Shown here piece after piece: positions 1 through 11,859 of a stretch of 64,000 nucleotides of DNA. Position numbers and translations under genes: made by a program. Source of the DNA: Chiloscyllium plagiosum. Taxonomy: Eukaryota. Each line of letters starts with the position of its first letter. Position 1 is the first letter of the stretch. Below the pieces are notes generated by a model. It was not told where the DNA came from, ran no database searches, and worked only from the letters and a program-made list of their open reading frames with translations. The stretch lies in NCBI RefSeq assembly GCF_004010195.1, contig NC_057719.1, positions 21,280,418 to 21,344,417 of the forward strand, read 5' to 3'.

Positions 1-259
1 ATCAGATGAATGCTCTGCAACCCTGCCACATCCAGATGTGAATGGTCTTGAACAATTAAAGAATGGGCCAGAGGAGGAGGTTCGATGTATATCTGTAACC
101 TCAGCAAATTTGCAGCTGTGTATTGATGGGTGGGGGTAGAAGACCCAATGCATCAGTCCAAGCAACTGGATTAGAGATTTGCAATCATCATCAGCCAGAT
201 ATGCCAAGTAGAAGATCTATCTTGACCTCCTCCTGAGATCCCCAGCGTCATATAGTCAG

Positions 260-985
260 TCTTCAGTCAACATAGCATCAGGGTTACTATTGTCCTAAAA
301 CTTAACTAGACTAGTAACACAAATACTGTGGATACAGATCAGGGGCTCAATGTCCTGCTGCACATGACCCAGTTCTGGACTGTCCATGTGTATCAAGGTA
401 CAAGCCAGAAGGGAATACTCTCCATACCCGAATGAACACAGCTCAAACAATACTCCAGGACAGCATTTGTGGATGTGGTGGCAAGATCAGGACTTATTGC
501 ACTGAGAAGATTCTAGTAAACGGCTCCATAAAACACTGCAGTGGATTTGATGATGTTAACACCACAAAGCTGTTAGATAGGGAGTCCTTGGACTTTAACA
601 CAGAGATAATAAAGGAAGGATAATTTATTTTCAAGTTACGCTGGTATGCAACTTGAGGAGGCTGCAGATATTCCCTTGTTTCTGTTACCCACATGAGTCA
701 AAGCATCGAAGGGTAACAAATCGATCATTTTAATCATTCACTCCCTCCACCACCAGTGTTGCAGTGTGTATTATGCACATGATGCATTGAACAATCTTAC
801 AAGGTTTCAGCAATTCTAAAACCCACCGCCTCAATGTCCAGGAAGAGCAGTGTTAAATTCCTTGGGACTCACTGCCTAACAGCATTGCAGAAGTATTTTC
901 ACCATAGTAACTGCAATAGTTCAAGAAGAAAGTTTACCACGACCTTCTCAAGGGGAATTAATAATGATCTCTCCACAACCTGTGA
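260..985 (+). mobile_element. Degenerate old LINE (CR1/L2-group) 3' fragments
   Basis: Similar to the 15330-15690 remnant (gggttactattgtcc..aaacttaactagact; tatcaaggtacaagcc..gggaatactctcca); no intact ORF. Confidence 0.45.
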
Positions 986-1029
986 CTGAATAAGGTAAAA
1001 GCACTGTTCATGATCGTAAAATGTTGAGC

Positions 1030-1365
1030 CAATTAGCTATTTTGAAGTGTAATTACTGTAATAATCTAGAAAATGTGGTCGTCTATTTACACACAGCAAG
1101 ATATCACTAAAAGTAACGAGATGAATCACAAGTTAATGTCTTCTACTGATGTTGGTTAAGGGTTAATCATTGGATGAGACTTCTTTGGAGAGCAGGCCCT
1201 TTGAAAATGTTATGGCACCTTTCAGTGGAAATGAAACCTTGTTTTAATGTTTCATCTAAAACATGACAACTCCTACAGTGCTTCACTAAACTGTCAGCCT
1301 CGAATACAGGCCGCTGGAGTGGTCTTAAGTCCACAACTTTCTGACCCAAAGGCCAGACCAGCAGA
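1030..1365 (-). mobile_element. DeuSINE-like SINE remnant
   Basis: Shares tail (ttttgaagtgta..tgtaat..cacagcaaga) and Deu-like core with 9320-9770 and 20985-21280. Confidence 0.5.
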
Positions 1366-1371
1366 ACTGAG

Positions 1372-2040
1372 GTTGAGAGGGTTGAGAGGGTCAAGTTCCT
1401 GGGAGTGACAATAACTGAAAAACCGTGCTGGACTCCAATGTAGATGCGATGGTCAAGAAGGAAAAACAATGCCTCTTCTCCCTCAGGCAGCTTAGGAAAT
1501 TCAGAATGTCCATAAGGACCTCATCAAATTTTACAGATGCACCATTGAAAGCATTCTATCAGGATTCATAACAGCCTGGTGTGACAACTGCTCTGCCCAG
1601 GTCCATAAGAAGCTACACAAGGTTGTGTGTACAGCTCAGACCATCACAAAAGCCAACCTCCCACCCATGGACTCAATTTACACTTCTTGTTGCTGTGGAA
1701 AGCCTGCCAACATCATCAAAGACCCCTCCCACCCCAGTAATGCTCTCCTACAACCTCTTCCATCAGGCAGAAGGTACAAAAGCTCAAGAACACACAGCAA
1801 CAGGTTCAAGAACAATTCCTTCCTTGCTGTTGAATGAACTTCAAATAATGTTGATCTTGCTAATATTAATCTTGCTTTGCGCGCCTCCTGTTCAGCCATA
1901 ACCTAGTATGCCTCACTCTGTCTAAGCACCCTATGATCTGTATACCCTTGTTTGCTCTGATCTGCCTGTGCTGCTTGCAAGACAGAGCTTTTCACTGTAC
2001 CCAGGTACATGTGACCACAATAAGTCAAATCAAATCAAAA
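1372..2040 (+). mobile_element. Rex1/Babar-clade LINE, 5'-truncated 3' end (pseudogenised RT C-terminus)
   Basis: Translates to KFLGVTI..RQLRKF..FYRCTIESILSG.ITAW..AQTITKANLP..IIKDPSHPSNALLQPLPSGRRYKS; tail ttttcactgta..gtacatgtgac..aataa plus (tcaaa)n. Confidence 0.8.
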
Positions 2041-2898
2041 CTCAGATGACCCATAATGGATGCTAAATGATACAATGATTTATCTGAGCGTATATTAAAA
2101 AGGAAAGGTGCCTTTTCTTAGTACTGTTTTCAACAATGTTGCATCATTCACGGTGGTACTCCTTTGCATCCTGTTAACACCAAAGATGTTTTGAGATCTT
2201 TGACAATCCATTGAGTGGTGCAGATCCCCTGGCATGAAACTTATTAGTGCCAGGTGCATGCAGACAACTGCAAGTTTATAATTCTATTTGAACAGTGACT
2301 TTTTATAGCTTACAGGGAGCAACAGATATTTCCCAAATTTATAGGTGCAATGGAAACCTGTTACTGGAAGTTGACCAAAGACATTTTGTTGATTGGGATG
2401 AGGGCTGGATTTTATCAAATCATCCATTTGTAATGATTCAAAGTCACCTTGGTACCAAACAATGCATTTTCCAAATGTTCAAGCATTATGCTTCAAAAAA
2501 GTTCAGTAGTTAAGGCTAAAAATTGATTTATCCAACCATTTGGTCTAAAAAAGATGGAATTCTAATAGCCCTGTAGTCAGGTCTTAAACATAGAACACAG
2601 AACAATACAGCACAGAACAGACCCTTCGGCCCTCGATGTTGCACCGACCTGTGAAGTAATCTAAGCCCATCCCCCAACACTATCCCATTATCATCCATGT
2701 GCTTATCCAAGGATTGTTTAAATCTCCCTAATGTGGCTGAGTTAACTACATTGGCAGGTAGGGCATTCCACACCTTTACCACTCTCTGAGTAAAGAACCT
2801 GCCTCTGACATCTGTCTTAAATCTATCACCCCTCAATTTGTAGTTATGCCCCCTCGGATAAGCTGACATCATCATCCTAGGAAAAAGACTTTCACTGG

Positions 2899-2974
2899 AT
2901 TAGTGGTGCTGGAAGAGCACAGCAGTTTAGGCAGCATCCAAGGAGCAGCGAAATCGACGTTTCCGGCAAAAGCC
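2899..2974 (-). mobile_element. Short PLE-tail insertion inside the CR1 3' region
   Basis: gtggtgctggaagagcacagcag..gcagcatccaaggagcag..atcgacgtttccggcaaaagcc; cactg on both sides. Confidence 0.75.
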
Positions 2975-5042
2975 CACTGTCTACCCTACCTAATCCTCCG
3001 ATCATCTTGTATCAAATCCCCTCTTTGCCTTCTCCTTTCCAATGACCATGCAACATCCTGGTAAATCACCTCTGCACCTTTTCCAATGCTTCCACATCCT
3101 TCCTGTGTTGGGGCAATGAGAACTGGACACAATATACCAAGTGCGGCCGAATTAGCATTTTGAATAGTTGCAGCATGACATTACGGCTCCAGAACTTAAT
3201 TTCTCTACTAATAAAACCTAACACACCGTATGCCTTCTTAACAGTACTATCAACCTGGGTAGCAACGTTCAGGGATCTATGTACGTGGACTCCAAGATCC
3301 CTCTGCACATCCACACTAGCAAGAATCGTTCCATTGACCCAGCACTCAGCCTTCCCTGTTATTCTTCCCAAAGTGAATCACCTCATATTTATCTGCACTG
3401 AGCTCCATTTGCCACCTCTCAGCCCAATTCTGCAGTTTATCCAAGTCCCCCTGCAACCTGCAACATTCTTCCACACTGTCCACGACTCCTCCGACTTTAG
3501 CGTCATCTGCAAACTTACTAACACATCTACCAATGCCTGCGTCTAAGTCATTTATAAAAATGACAAACAGCAGTGGTCCCAAAATAGATCTTTGTGGCAC
3601 ACCACTAGTAACCGGACTCCAGGCTGAATATTTTCCATCAATTACCACTCGCTGCCTTCTTACAGAAAGCCAGTTTCTAATCCAAACTGCTAAATCACCC
3701 TCAATCTCATACCTCTGCATTTTCTCCAACAGCGTACCATGTGGAACCTTATTAAAGGCTTTACTGAAGTCCATGTACACCACATCAATTGCCCTACCCT
3801 CATCCACATGTTTGGTCACATTCTCAAATAACTCAATGAGGTTAGTGAGACATGACCTGCCCTTGATGAAACCATGTTGACTATCTGCAATAAAATTGTT
3901 GCTTGCTAGATGATGAGAAATCCTATCCCTTATAATCCTTTCCAAAACTTTTCCTACAACAGACATAAGGCTCACTGGTCTATAATTACCTGGGTCATCT
4001 CTACTGCCCTTCTTGAACAAGGGCGCAACACTTGCAATCCTCCAGTCCTCTGGTACTAAACCTGGAGACAATGATGACTCAAAGATCAAAGCCAAAGGCT
4101 CCAACACCTCCTCCCTAGCTTTCCAGAGAAACCTCGGATAAATCCCATCTGGCCCAGGGGACTTGTCTACTTTCATACCTTCTAGAATTGATAACACCTC
4201 TTCCTTACTAACCTCGATCCTTTCTAGTCTACTATCTCATATCTCCTTCTTCTCCTCTACAATATTCTCCTTTGCCTGAGTGAAAATTGATGAGAAATAT
4301 TCATTCAGCACCCCTCCGATCTCCACAGGGTCCACGCACAACTTCCCATTTCTGTCTTTGACTGGTCATATTCCTACCGTGGTCATCCTTGTATTCCTTA
4401 CACACGTATAGAAAGCTTTAGGGTTCTCCTTTATTCTAACTGCTAAAGGCTGCTCGTGTCCTCTCATTGCCCTTCTTAACTCTCTCTTTAAATCCTTCCT
4501 AGCTGATCTGTAACTCTCCATCACCTCACCTGAACCATCTCATCTCATCGTTACATAAGCCTCCTTCTTCCACTTAACAAGAGATGCAATACCTTAAACC
4601 ACGGTTTCCTTACCATAACACCTCCTCCCTGCCTGACAGGGACATACCTATCAAGGACACACAATATCTATTCCTTAAACTAGTTCCACATTTTGATTGT
4701 CCCCATCCCCTGCATTTTGCTACCCCATTCTATGCATCCTAAGTCTTGCCTAATCGCATTATAATTGCCCTTGCCCCATCGATAACTCTTGCCCTTGGCA
4801 TGTACCTATCCCTTTCCATCGCTAAACTAAACAAAACTGAATTATGGTCACTCTCTCCAAAGTGCTCACCTACCACTAAATCAAACACCTGGCCTGGTTC
4901 ATTACGAAGCACCAGATCCAGTGTGGCCTCCCCTCTTGTCAGCCCTTTGACATACTGCGTCAGGAAACCCTCCTGCACAAATTGGACAAAAACTGAGTCA
5001 TCCAACGTACTAGCGTTATAGCATATCCAGGTAATGTTGGGA

Positions 5043-5576
5043 GTCTGTGGTTCTGTTCGCCGAGCTGGAAGTTTTTGTTGCAAACGTTTCGTCCCCTGTC
5101 TAGGTGATACCCTCAGTGCTTGGGAGCCTCCTGTGAAGCGCTTCTGTGGTGTTTCCTCCGGCATTTATAGTGGCCTGTCCCTGCCGCTTCCGGTTGTCAG
5201 TTTCAGCTGTCCGCTTTAGTGGCCGGTGTATTAGTTTGTACACTACATTAGTTTTGCTCATGCTGGGTATCGGGTCCTTTGTTTTGGTGAGCTGTTATAA
5301 CAGCACACAAACCAACAGCCACTCTCAGACAACAACTCACCAAAACGAAGGACCCAATACCCAGCATGAGCAAAACTAATATAGTGTACAAAATCCCATG
5401 CAAGGACTGCACAAAACACTACATAGGACAAACAGGAAGACAGCTAACGATCCACCTGCCAAGCACTGAGGATGCCCCCTAGACGGGGGACAAAACGTTT
5501 GCAACAAAAACTCCCAGCTCGGCGAACAGAACCACAGCAACGAGCACCCGAGCTACAAATTTTCTCACAAACTTTG
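5043..5576. mobile_element. Rearranged Penelope-like element fragment (GIY-YIG remnant) with nested inverted repeats and 10-bp TSD
   Basis: KDPIPSMSKTNIVYKIPCKDCTKHYIGQTGRQL on + (~5348-5446); arms 5046-5123/5459-5537 and 5236-5296/5331-5392; TSD aatgttggga at 5033-5042 and 5577-5586. Confidence 0.9.
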
Positions 5577-6985
5577 AATGTTGGGAAAGTTAAAGTCCCC
5601 CATAATGGCCACCATGTTCCTTTCACTCCTGTCCAGAATCGTTTTGCCGATCCTCTCCTCCACATCCCTGAAACTCTGCGGAGGCTTATAAAAATCTCCC
5701 AGCAGTGTGACCTCTCCTCTATTCTGTTCCTAACTTCAGCCCACACTACCTCAGTCGACAAGTCCTCATCAAAAGTTCTTTCAGCCACCGGTATACTGTC
5801 CTTGACTAACAAGGCCCCTCTTCCACCTCCCCCTCTTCCACCACCACCTTCCCTGTTCATAATGAAAAATTTAAACCCTGGAATCTGCAGCATTCATTCC
5901 TCACTCTGCTCTATCCATGTCTCTGAAATGGCCACAACATCAAAGTCCAAGGTACCTATCCACACTGCAAGCTCACCTACCTTATTTTGAGTACTTCTGG
6001 CATTGAAGCAAACACACTTCATTCCAGCTTGCTGTCTGCCAGCACATTCCTGTGACCAAGAAATCCTGTCCATGCCCTCCCTACTCTCATCCACCTGTGC
6101 GCTGGAACTACACCTCAGGTTCCCATCCCCCTGCTGCGCTAATTCAAATCCACCCAAATAGCACTAGCAAATTTCCCAGCCAGAATATTGGTACCCCTCT
6201 GGTTCATGTGAAGACCGTTCTATTTGTAGAGGTCTCACCTTCTCTAGAATGAGTCCAATTAACCATGTATCTGAAACCCTCCCTCCTGCATCAAACCTGC
6301 AGCCACGTGTTCAGCTGATATCTCTCCCTATTCCTTGCCTTGCTGTCACATGGCATTTGTAACAAACCAGATTTAACAACTCTGTTTGTTCTAGCTCTCA
6401 GCTTCCACACTAACTCCCTGAAATCCTGCCTGACATCCCTATCCCTCTTTCTACCTATGCTGCTGGTACCTATGTGGACCACAACTTGGGGCTGGTCACC
6501 CTCTCCCTTCAGGACCCCAAAGACACGATCTGAGACATCATGGACCCTGGCTCCTGGGAGGCAACACACCAACCATGAGTCTTGTTCATTCTCACAAACC
6601 TTCTATCTGACCCTCTAACTATTGAGTCCACTCTAACAATTGAAAACTCTGTCAGTTATATTTTTGGTCAGGAAGGATTCAGTCTAATGCCAATGTGTTG
6701 GTCTCCCTATATCCACCTGTTAATCTTTTGATGCCCTTCATCATTTTAAGAGTTTTCAGTTTCATGATGCTAACCATTTCCTCTTGATCATGGTTGTCCA
6801 ATCTCCCTTCATTTCCATCCCTTATCAGAACGATATGAGAGCTCTCTGTTTTTGTCCCTCAGTGAAGTTTTAGTTTTAGCACTGTACTCCTTTGCCTGTT
6901 TGGCTTGTCTCTCACTGGAGAACTTTTCAATGAACTCACTTCATGTCATTCAAATAGAAGATGTTACCATGGGTAAACTCATTGT

Positions 6986-7990
6986 TTAGAGTAGAGTGGT
7001 GCTGGAAAAGCACGGCAGATCAGGCAGCATCCGAGGAGCAGGAAAATTGACGTTTCTGGCAAAAAGCCCTTCATCAGGAATAGAGGCAGGAAGCCTGCAG
7101 AGTGGAGAGATAAATGAGAGGAGGGTGGAGGTGGGGAGAAAGTAGTAAGGAGTACAATAGGTGAATGGGTGTGGGGATGGAGGTGATAGGTCAGAGAGAA
7201 GGGTGGGGGAAGCTAGCAAAGAGTACAATGGGTGAATGGGGTGGGGATGAAGATGATAGGTCAGGGAGGAGGGTAGAGTGGATGGGTGGAAAGGAAGATA
7301 GGCAGGTAGGACAGGTCATGAGGGCGGTGCTGAGCTGGAAAGCTGGAGCTGGGGTGAGGTGAGGGAAAGGAAATGAGGAAACTGGTGAAATCCACATTGA
7401 TGCCCTGGGGTTGAAGTGTTCCGAGTTGGAAGATGAGGTGTTCTTCCTCCAGGCATCGGGTGGTGAGGGAGCGGCGGTGGAGGATTCCCACAACCTGCAT
7501 GTCCTCGGCAGAGTGGGAGGGGGAGTTGGAATGTTGGGCCACAGGGCGGTGGGGTTGATTGGTGCAGGTGTCCCGGAGATGTTCCCTAAAGCGATCTGCA
7601 AGGAGGCATCCAGTCTACCCAATGTAGAGAGGACCGCATCGGGAGCAACGGATACAATAAATGATATTGGATGTGCAGGTGAAACTTTGATGGATGTGGA
7701 AGTCTCCTTGGGGCCTTGGATGGAGGTGAGGGAGGAGGCGTGGTGGCAGGGGAGGGTGCCAGGAAGAGATGGTGGGTTGTTGGGGGGCATGGACTTGACC
7801 AGGTGGTCATGGAGGGAACGGTCTTTGCGGAAAGCAGAAATGGGTGGGGAGGGAAAAAGATCTCTGATGATGGGGTCCATTTGGAGGTGGCGGAAATGTC
7901 GTTGGATGATGTGGTTTATGCGAAGGTTGGTAGGGTGGAAGGTGAGCACCAGGGGGGTTCTGTCCTTGTTACGGTTGAAGGGGTGGGGTT
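6986..7990 (-). mobile_element. Penelope-like element, 3' part (linker, GIY-YIG endonuclease, pyrimidine-rich 3' UTR, hammerhead tail)
   Basis: TFHPTNLRINHII..FPSPPISAFRKDRSLHDHLV; IYCIRCSRCGPLYIG; AQHSNSPSHS..EEEHLIFQLGTLQPQGIN; ends in the same tail as the short elements. Confidence 0.9.
7045..7081 (-). ncRNA. Minimal type I hammerhead ribozyme motif (PLE terminal repeat)
   Basis: attc CTGATGA agggc ttttt gcca GAAA c GTC aatt on the minus strand; one stem II mismatch. Confidence 0.7.
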
Positions 7991-9319
7991 CCTCACTTTG
8001 CCTATCTTTTTGTGTAAGGGATGTGGAACACTTCTTCTACTCTTCCAATCAAGTCCCCTCAATGAATTCTGTCAGGTACATTGATGGGTGTATTGGTGAT
8101 TTTCTCCTTATTTCACCCTGAACTGGAAATTTTCATCACCTCCGACCCTAGCCGGATAGCATTCTACTTACTTGGTATCCCTCTTCCCATCTGGTATCCT
8201 ATCCTCCTGGTTTCCTAACCTCAAACTCAGCACATGTACTTACCATTTGGCAGCAGCTGTCAAAATGTCTGTCAAAGTTGTGATTTACCTCCCCCCCCCC
8301 CCCAAACCCCCACCCCAGGCAGGTCTGCACAATGGAAGAGCGGAAGTAACAGTCAGCGTTTCTCACGCAGTCCTAATCAGAATGTTCCATCGGAAATACA
8401 GAGCTCTCTCTTCTTGTAAAAACAAGAGTGCAATGACAATCAGCGGGATGTTCCCACTCCTCGAAGAATCCGGCCCAACATCTCTCACTTTCCACCTTAT
8501 CACAGTAATTCCTTTTCATTCATTCTCCACCCTCCCCAATTTGATCTTTTTAAAGACTATGACATCTCCAATTTTTCCTGGTTCCGATGAAAGTTCGTCA
8601 ACCTGAACTATTAACTCTGTTTCCTCCTCCACCGATGCAGCCTACTTGGATGAACATTCCCAGCATTTTCAATTTTAATTTCAGATTTCCTGCATCTTCT
8701 ATATTTTACTATGTTTAATACCATCCTGTTGTGCCAAATTCACACAGTTAGGTATGGATGGTTTGGTTACTTATTTAATTATGAATATGGAGCTCTAAGA
8801 TACATTGTTCTAAACTAACAGCCTATATGTTTTGTATTGGGGCAAAATAAACTTTGAACCAGTTTGAGCATATGATCATAATAATTATCAAAATATGGAT
8901 GGTACTTTTCAACTCGTGGAAAGGTTTTGATTGATTGCATTTCAACTTCTGTGTGGAGTGTGTGGAGTTAGAAGTGCCAGTAACTGACCAGCATTTTAAC
9001 TATCTCAAGGATATCAAAGGATCAAAAGAGTGTTCTATCACTCGATGCTTTTAAGAAAATTCTCGAACTAGTTACATTCTACAGACTATATGACCTAAAA
9101 CATGCCTGGTTATGAATGCACAATCGGTTGTGACAAGTCTGATTTACACCAGTTGAAGGGAATGTGTAGCAAATGTTATCGCTCCCTCTTCAAAGCACTA
9201 GTGCCTCACATTTTGAGGCTGTATAGGTCGGGGATAAAGCAAACAGAACTGTGATTGTGGCCATCTCCAAAGGTAGCTTCATGTGCAGAAAGGTTGATGC
9301 TGAACTTCAAAGAAAGAAT

Positions 9320-9770
9320 GAGCTTGCCTTTATATACTACCTTTCACAACTTCAACTCACTCCAAAGTTCTTCATAGCTAATTAAGTAGTCTTTTTGAAG
9401 TCTGGTTGACAGTGGTAATGTGAGAAACATAGCAGTCAACGTGTGGATAGCAAACTCCCACGAACAGCAATATGGTTGTGACCAAATCATTTGTTATAGT
9501 GCTGTTAGTTAAGTCTTGGCCATGATATTGGGGGCAGGGGATTCCTCTGCTATTCCTCTAATAATGTCAGATTAAATTCCTCTTTCGTGTTTACCAGAAT
9601 GGATAAAAAGGACATTAGGTTAACATCTCATGAGAAAGATGGTGCTCAGCGACATGCTGTCTGATTACTGCCCGAAAGTGTCAGCACAAATCATGTGCTC
9701 CAGTCTCTGGCATGGCATTTGACTGTATAGCACTGAATCAGAGGTGAGAGTGCTACCAATGAGCCATAAC
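9320..9770 (-). mobile_element. DeuSINE-like SINE (tRNA-derived head, Deu core, LINE-like tail)
   Basis: Minus-strand head ggctcattggtagcactctcacctctga; core gcagtaatcag..caccatctttc..atgagatgttaa. Confidence 0.65.
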
Positions 9771-10379
9771 GAACAACCTACATGATTATAAAATAACATA
9801 CAGCTTAATTATTTGAATTCTTCAATCAAATTGTTCAGAGACCAACAGCAAAGGATCTGGAGAGTCATTTAAATAAAATTTATTGTAGAAAGGCTTCAAA
9901 TTCCTAGTTTTTGTAATTACACGGAGTCTTGTTTCTTTATCAAGATTGAAGGTTTGCCATACTTTCAGTTAAATAGTCAAGTACAACATCATTATTTTTC
10001 AATTATTGACTTTTTAAAATTTGGAGCTCTTCCAAGTTTTAGCACTGCATTCTCATGAAATCTCTTGCTCTGAGACCACACAAGTACTATCTCTGACCAT
10101 AACCTACAACTGCTTCACTCTCTGAGGGGTGTACAATCTATTTAGAAGTCTGGCATTTGTCTGGATATTCACTTTGCACTGAACACAATGAGCACAACAG
10201 TTTAACTGATGGTTTCAAAGTCAATTAGCAGTGGTTATAGTTGACCTGAATTCTCTCTCCCCTTTTCATCTGTGATTTCCATAAATCCTATATCACCACG
10301 ATAAGTTAGAATTGATCGATAGCTATCAATAATTGATTTATTTCTGCACTTTTGTACATGCATAACATCACATAACCAC

Positions 10380-10580
10380 AGCCAGTCAGGCAGCAGCCGA
10401 GGAGCAGGAGAGTCGACGTTTCGAGCATGAGCTCTTCATCAGGAATGTGGGGATGCCCATGGGGGCTGAGAGATAAATGGGAGGGGGTGGGCTGGGGTTA
10501 ACGTAACTAGGTAGCTTTTCTAGCGCCACACTTTTTAACTCTGATCTCCAGCCTCTACAATCCTCACTTTCTCCTTGTCG
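10380..10580. mobile_element. Short rearranged PLE-tail insertion, 13-bp TSD
   Basis: TSD atcacataaccac at 10367-10379 and 10581-10593; minus-strand ribozyme arm followed by plus-strand tail. Confidence 0.85.
10411..10446 (-). ncRNA. Minimal type I hammerhead ribozyme motif
   Basis: attc CTGATGA a gagc tcat gctc GAAA c GTC gact; stem II covaries relative to the gggc/gccc copies. Confidence 0.75.
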
Positions 10581-10899
10581 ATCACATAACCACCAAACAG
10601 CCACCTTTAAACAGCCACCAAACCTCAAACAGATCATTGTTCGTAGCAAATTGCTGGGCTTTCAGGACAATACCATACAACCGTGACACTGTAGATCTAC
10701 AAGACGTGTCAGAATGTCGACACGGATACCACCATTACGCTGGGGACACCTCCCACCATGTAAGTGGCAGGTACTCATGGGATTCAGCCAACGTTGTCTG
10801 CCTCCTATGCTGCAGGCAAGGATGCCCTGAGGAATGGTACATTGGCGAGACCAAACAGAGGCTACAGCAATGGATGAATGGACGCCGCTGAACAATCAG

Positions 10900-11110
10900 G
10901 TAGGTAAAAACAAGGACTGCAGATGCTGGAAACCAGAGTCTAGATTAGAGTGGTGCTGGAAAAGCACAGCAGGTCAGGCAGCATCGAGGAGTAGGAAAAT
11001 CGATGTTTCGGGCAAAAGCCCTGATGAATGGCTTTTGCCCGAAATGTCGATATTCCTGCTCCTCGAAGCTGCCTGACCTGGTGTGCTTTTTTAGCACCAC
11101 TAACCTAGAC
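10900..11110. mobile_element. Fold-back PLE-tail insertion nested in a PLE
   Basis: Inverted arms (gtggtgctggaaaagcacagcaggtcaggcagc / gctgcctgacctggtgtgctttttagcaccac) meeting at cctgatgaatggcttttgcccgaaatgtc; degenerate TSD ccgctgaacaatca/ccactgaacattca. Confidence 0.85.
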
Positions 11111-11312
11111 CACTGAACATTCAACAGATGGTGAACACTTCAGCAGTCCGGGACATTTGACCTCGGACCTTCGGGTGACCGTCTTCCAAGGCAGACTTCG
11201 GGACAACGCAAAGTGGCCAAGCAGAGGCTGATAGCCAAGTTCGGTACCTATGGGGATGGCCTCAACCAGGACTTTGGGTTCATGTCACACTACAGGTGAC
11301 CCCATTGCACTG

Positions 11313-11441
11313 TACACACATGCACACACAGACGGGCACACACAGACACAGACACACACACAGACACAGATGCACAGATAGACACACACACAAACACAGA
11401 TGCACACAGACACACTCACACACAGACATGCACACACACAC
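11313..11441 (+). repeat. Imperfect (CA)n/(CAGACA)n microsatellite in the PLE 3' UTR
   Basis: Directly visible. Confidence 0.95.
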
Positions 11442-11824
11442 GTTTGTGGGGTGAATTTGTACTTGCAGAATTACATTTTGCTTTGCTCAAAAACTGCATG
11501 AATCTATGTAAGATTCTGTAAATCTGTTTTTTTTTAGATTAGAATCAGTCTGACCATTGTGCCATAGACAGCCTCACAGGGAATTAACATCTTCAATACC
11601 TTATCTGGGCAAACATGACACCAATTGTTAAAGTGCACTTGAAAATGTAACTTTTAAAAAATGTTTTGCGATTCACATATGAAAGAACTGAAACCAACAT
11701 GGTCATTCTAAAAGATGAGAGACTTAATAAACAATCCATGTCTTTTCCAATATTTAATTTCAGTTACATCAGACTGTAAACCTTTGATATAAAGTCTGTG
11801 TCTTACAATCTTATACTCCACAAT

Positions 11825-11859
11825 CACCTGATGAAGGAGCAGCGCTCTGAAAGCTAGTG
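11825..11859 (+). ncRNA. Minimal type I hammerhead ribozyme motif (second family)
   Basis: cac CTGATGA a ggagc agc gctct GAAA gc TA gtg: stem I cac/gtg, stem II ggagc/gctct, palindromic AGCT in place of stem III. Confidence 0.8.

Larger units (their letters stand above)
2588..6640 (-). mobile_element. CR1 LINE, near full-length, frameshifted: ORF1 SGNH-esterase (~6200-6640), ORF2 APE endonuclease plus RT (~2800-6030), 3' UTR with (ttcta/ttctg)n tail
   Basis: ORF1 DSIVRG..CLPGARVHDV..VVVHIGT; EN CFNARS..DVVAISETW, LDLVL, SDHN; RT KSPGPDGI, PGNYRPVSL, QHGF, YMDFSKAF, GVPQ..LGPLLF, KFADD; interrupted by insertions at 2899 and 5043. Confidence 0.95.
6770..8720 (+). mobile_element. Old degenerate PLE (RT remnant plus terminal tail) interrupted by a younger PLE
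   Basis: Degenerate DV.SL.TSIP and G..MG motifs before 6985; CLF...VE and RYIDGCIG (RYIDD-like) after 7990; decayed ribozyme and tail at ~8580-8710. Confidence 0.6.

Noticed and set aside
3346..4197. 283-aa ORF as a host gene
   Set aside because: Fragment of a frameshifted CR1 ORF2
7411..8121. 236-aa + strand ORF
   Set aside because: Antisense shadow of the minus-strand PLE fragment
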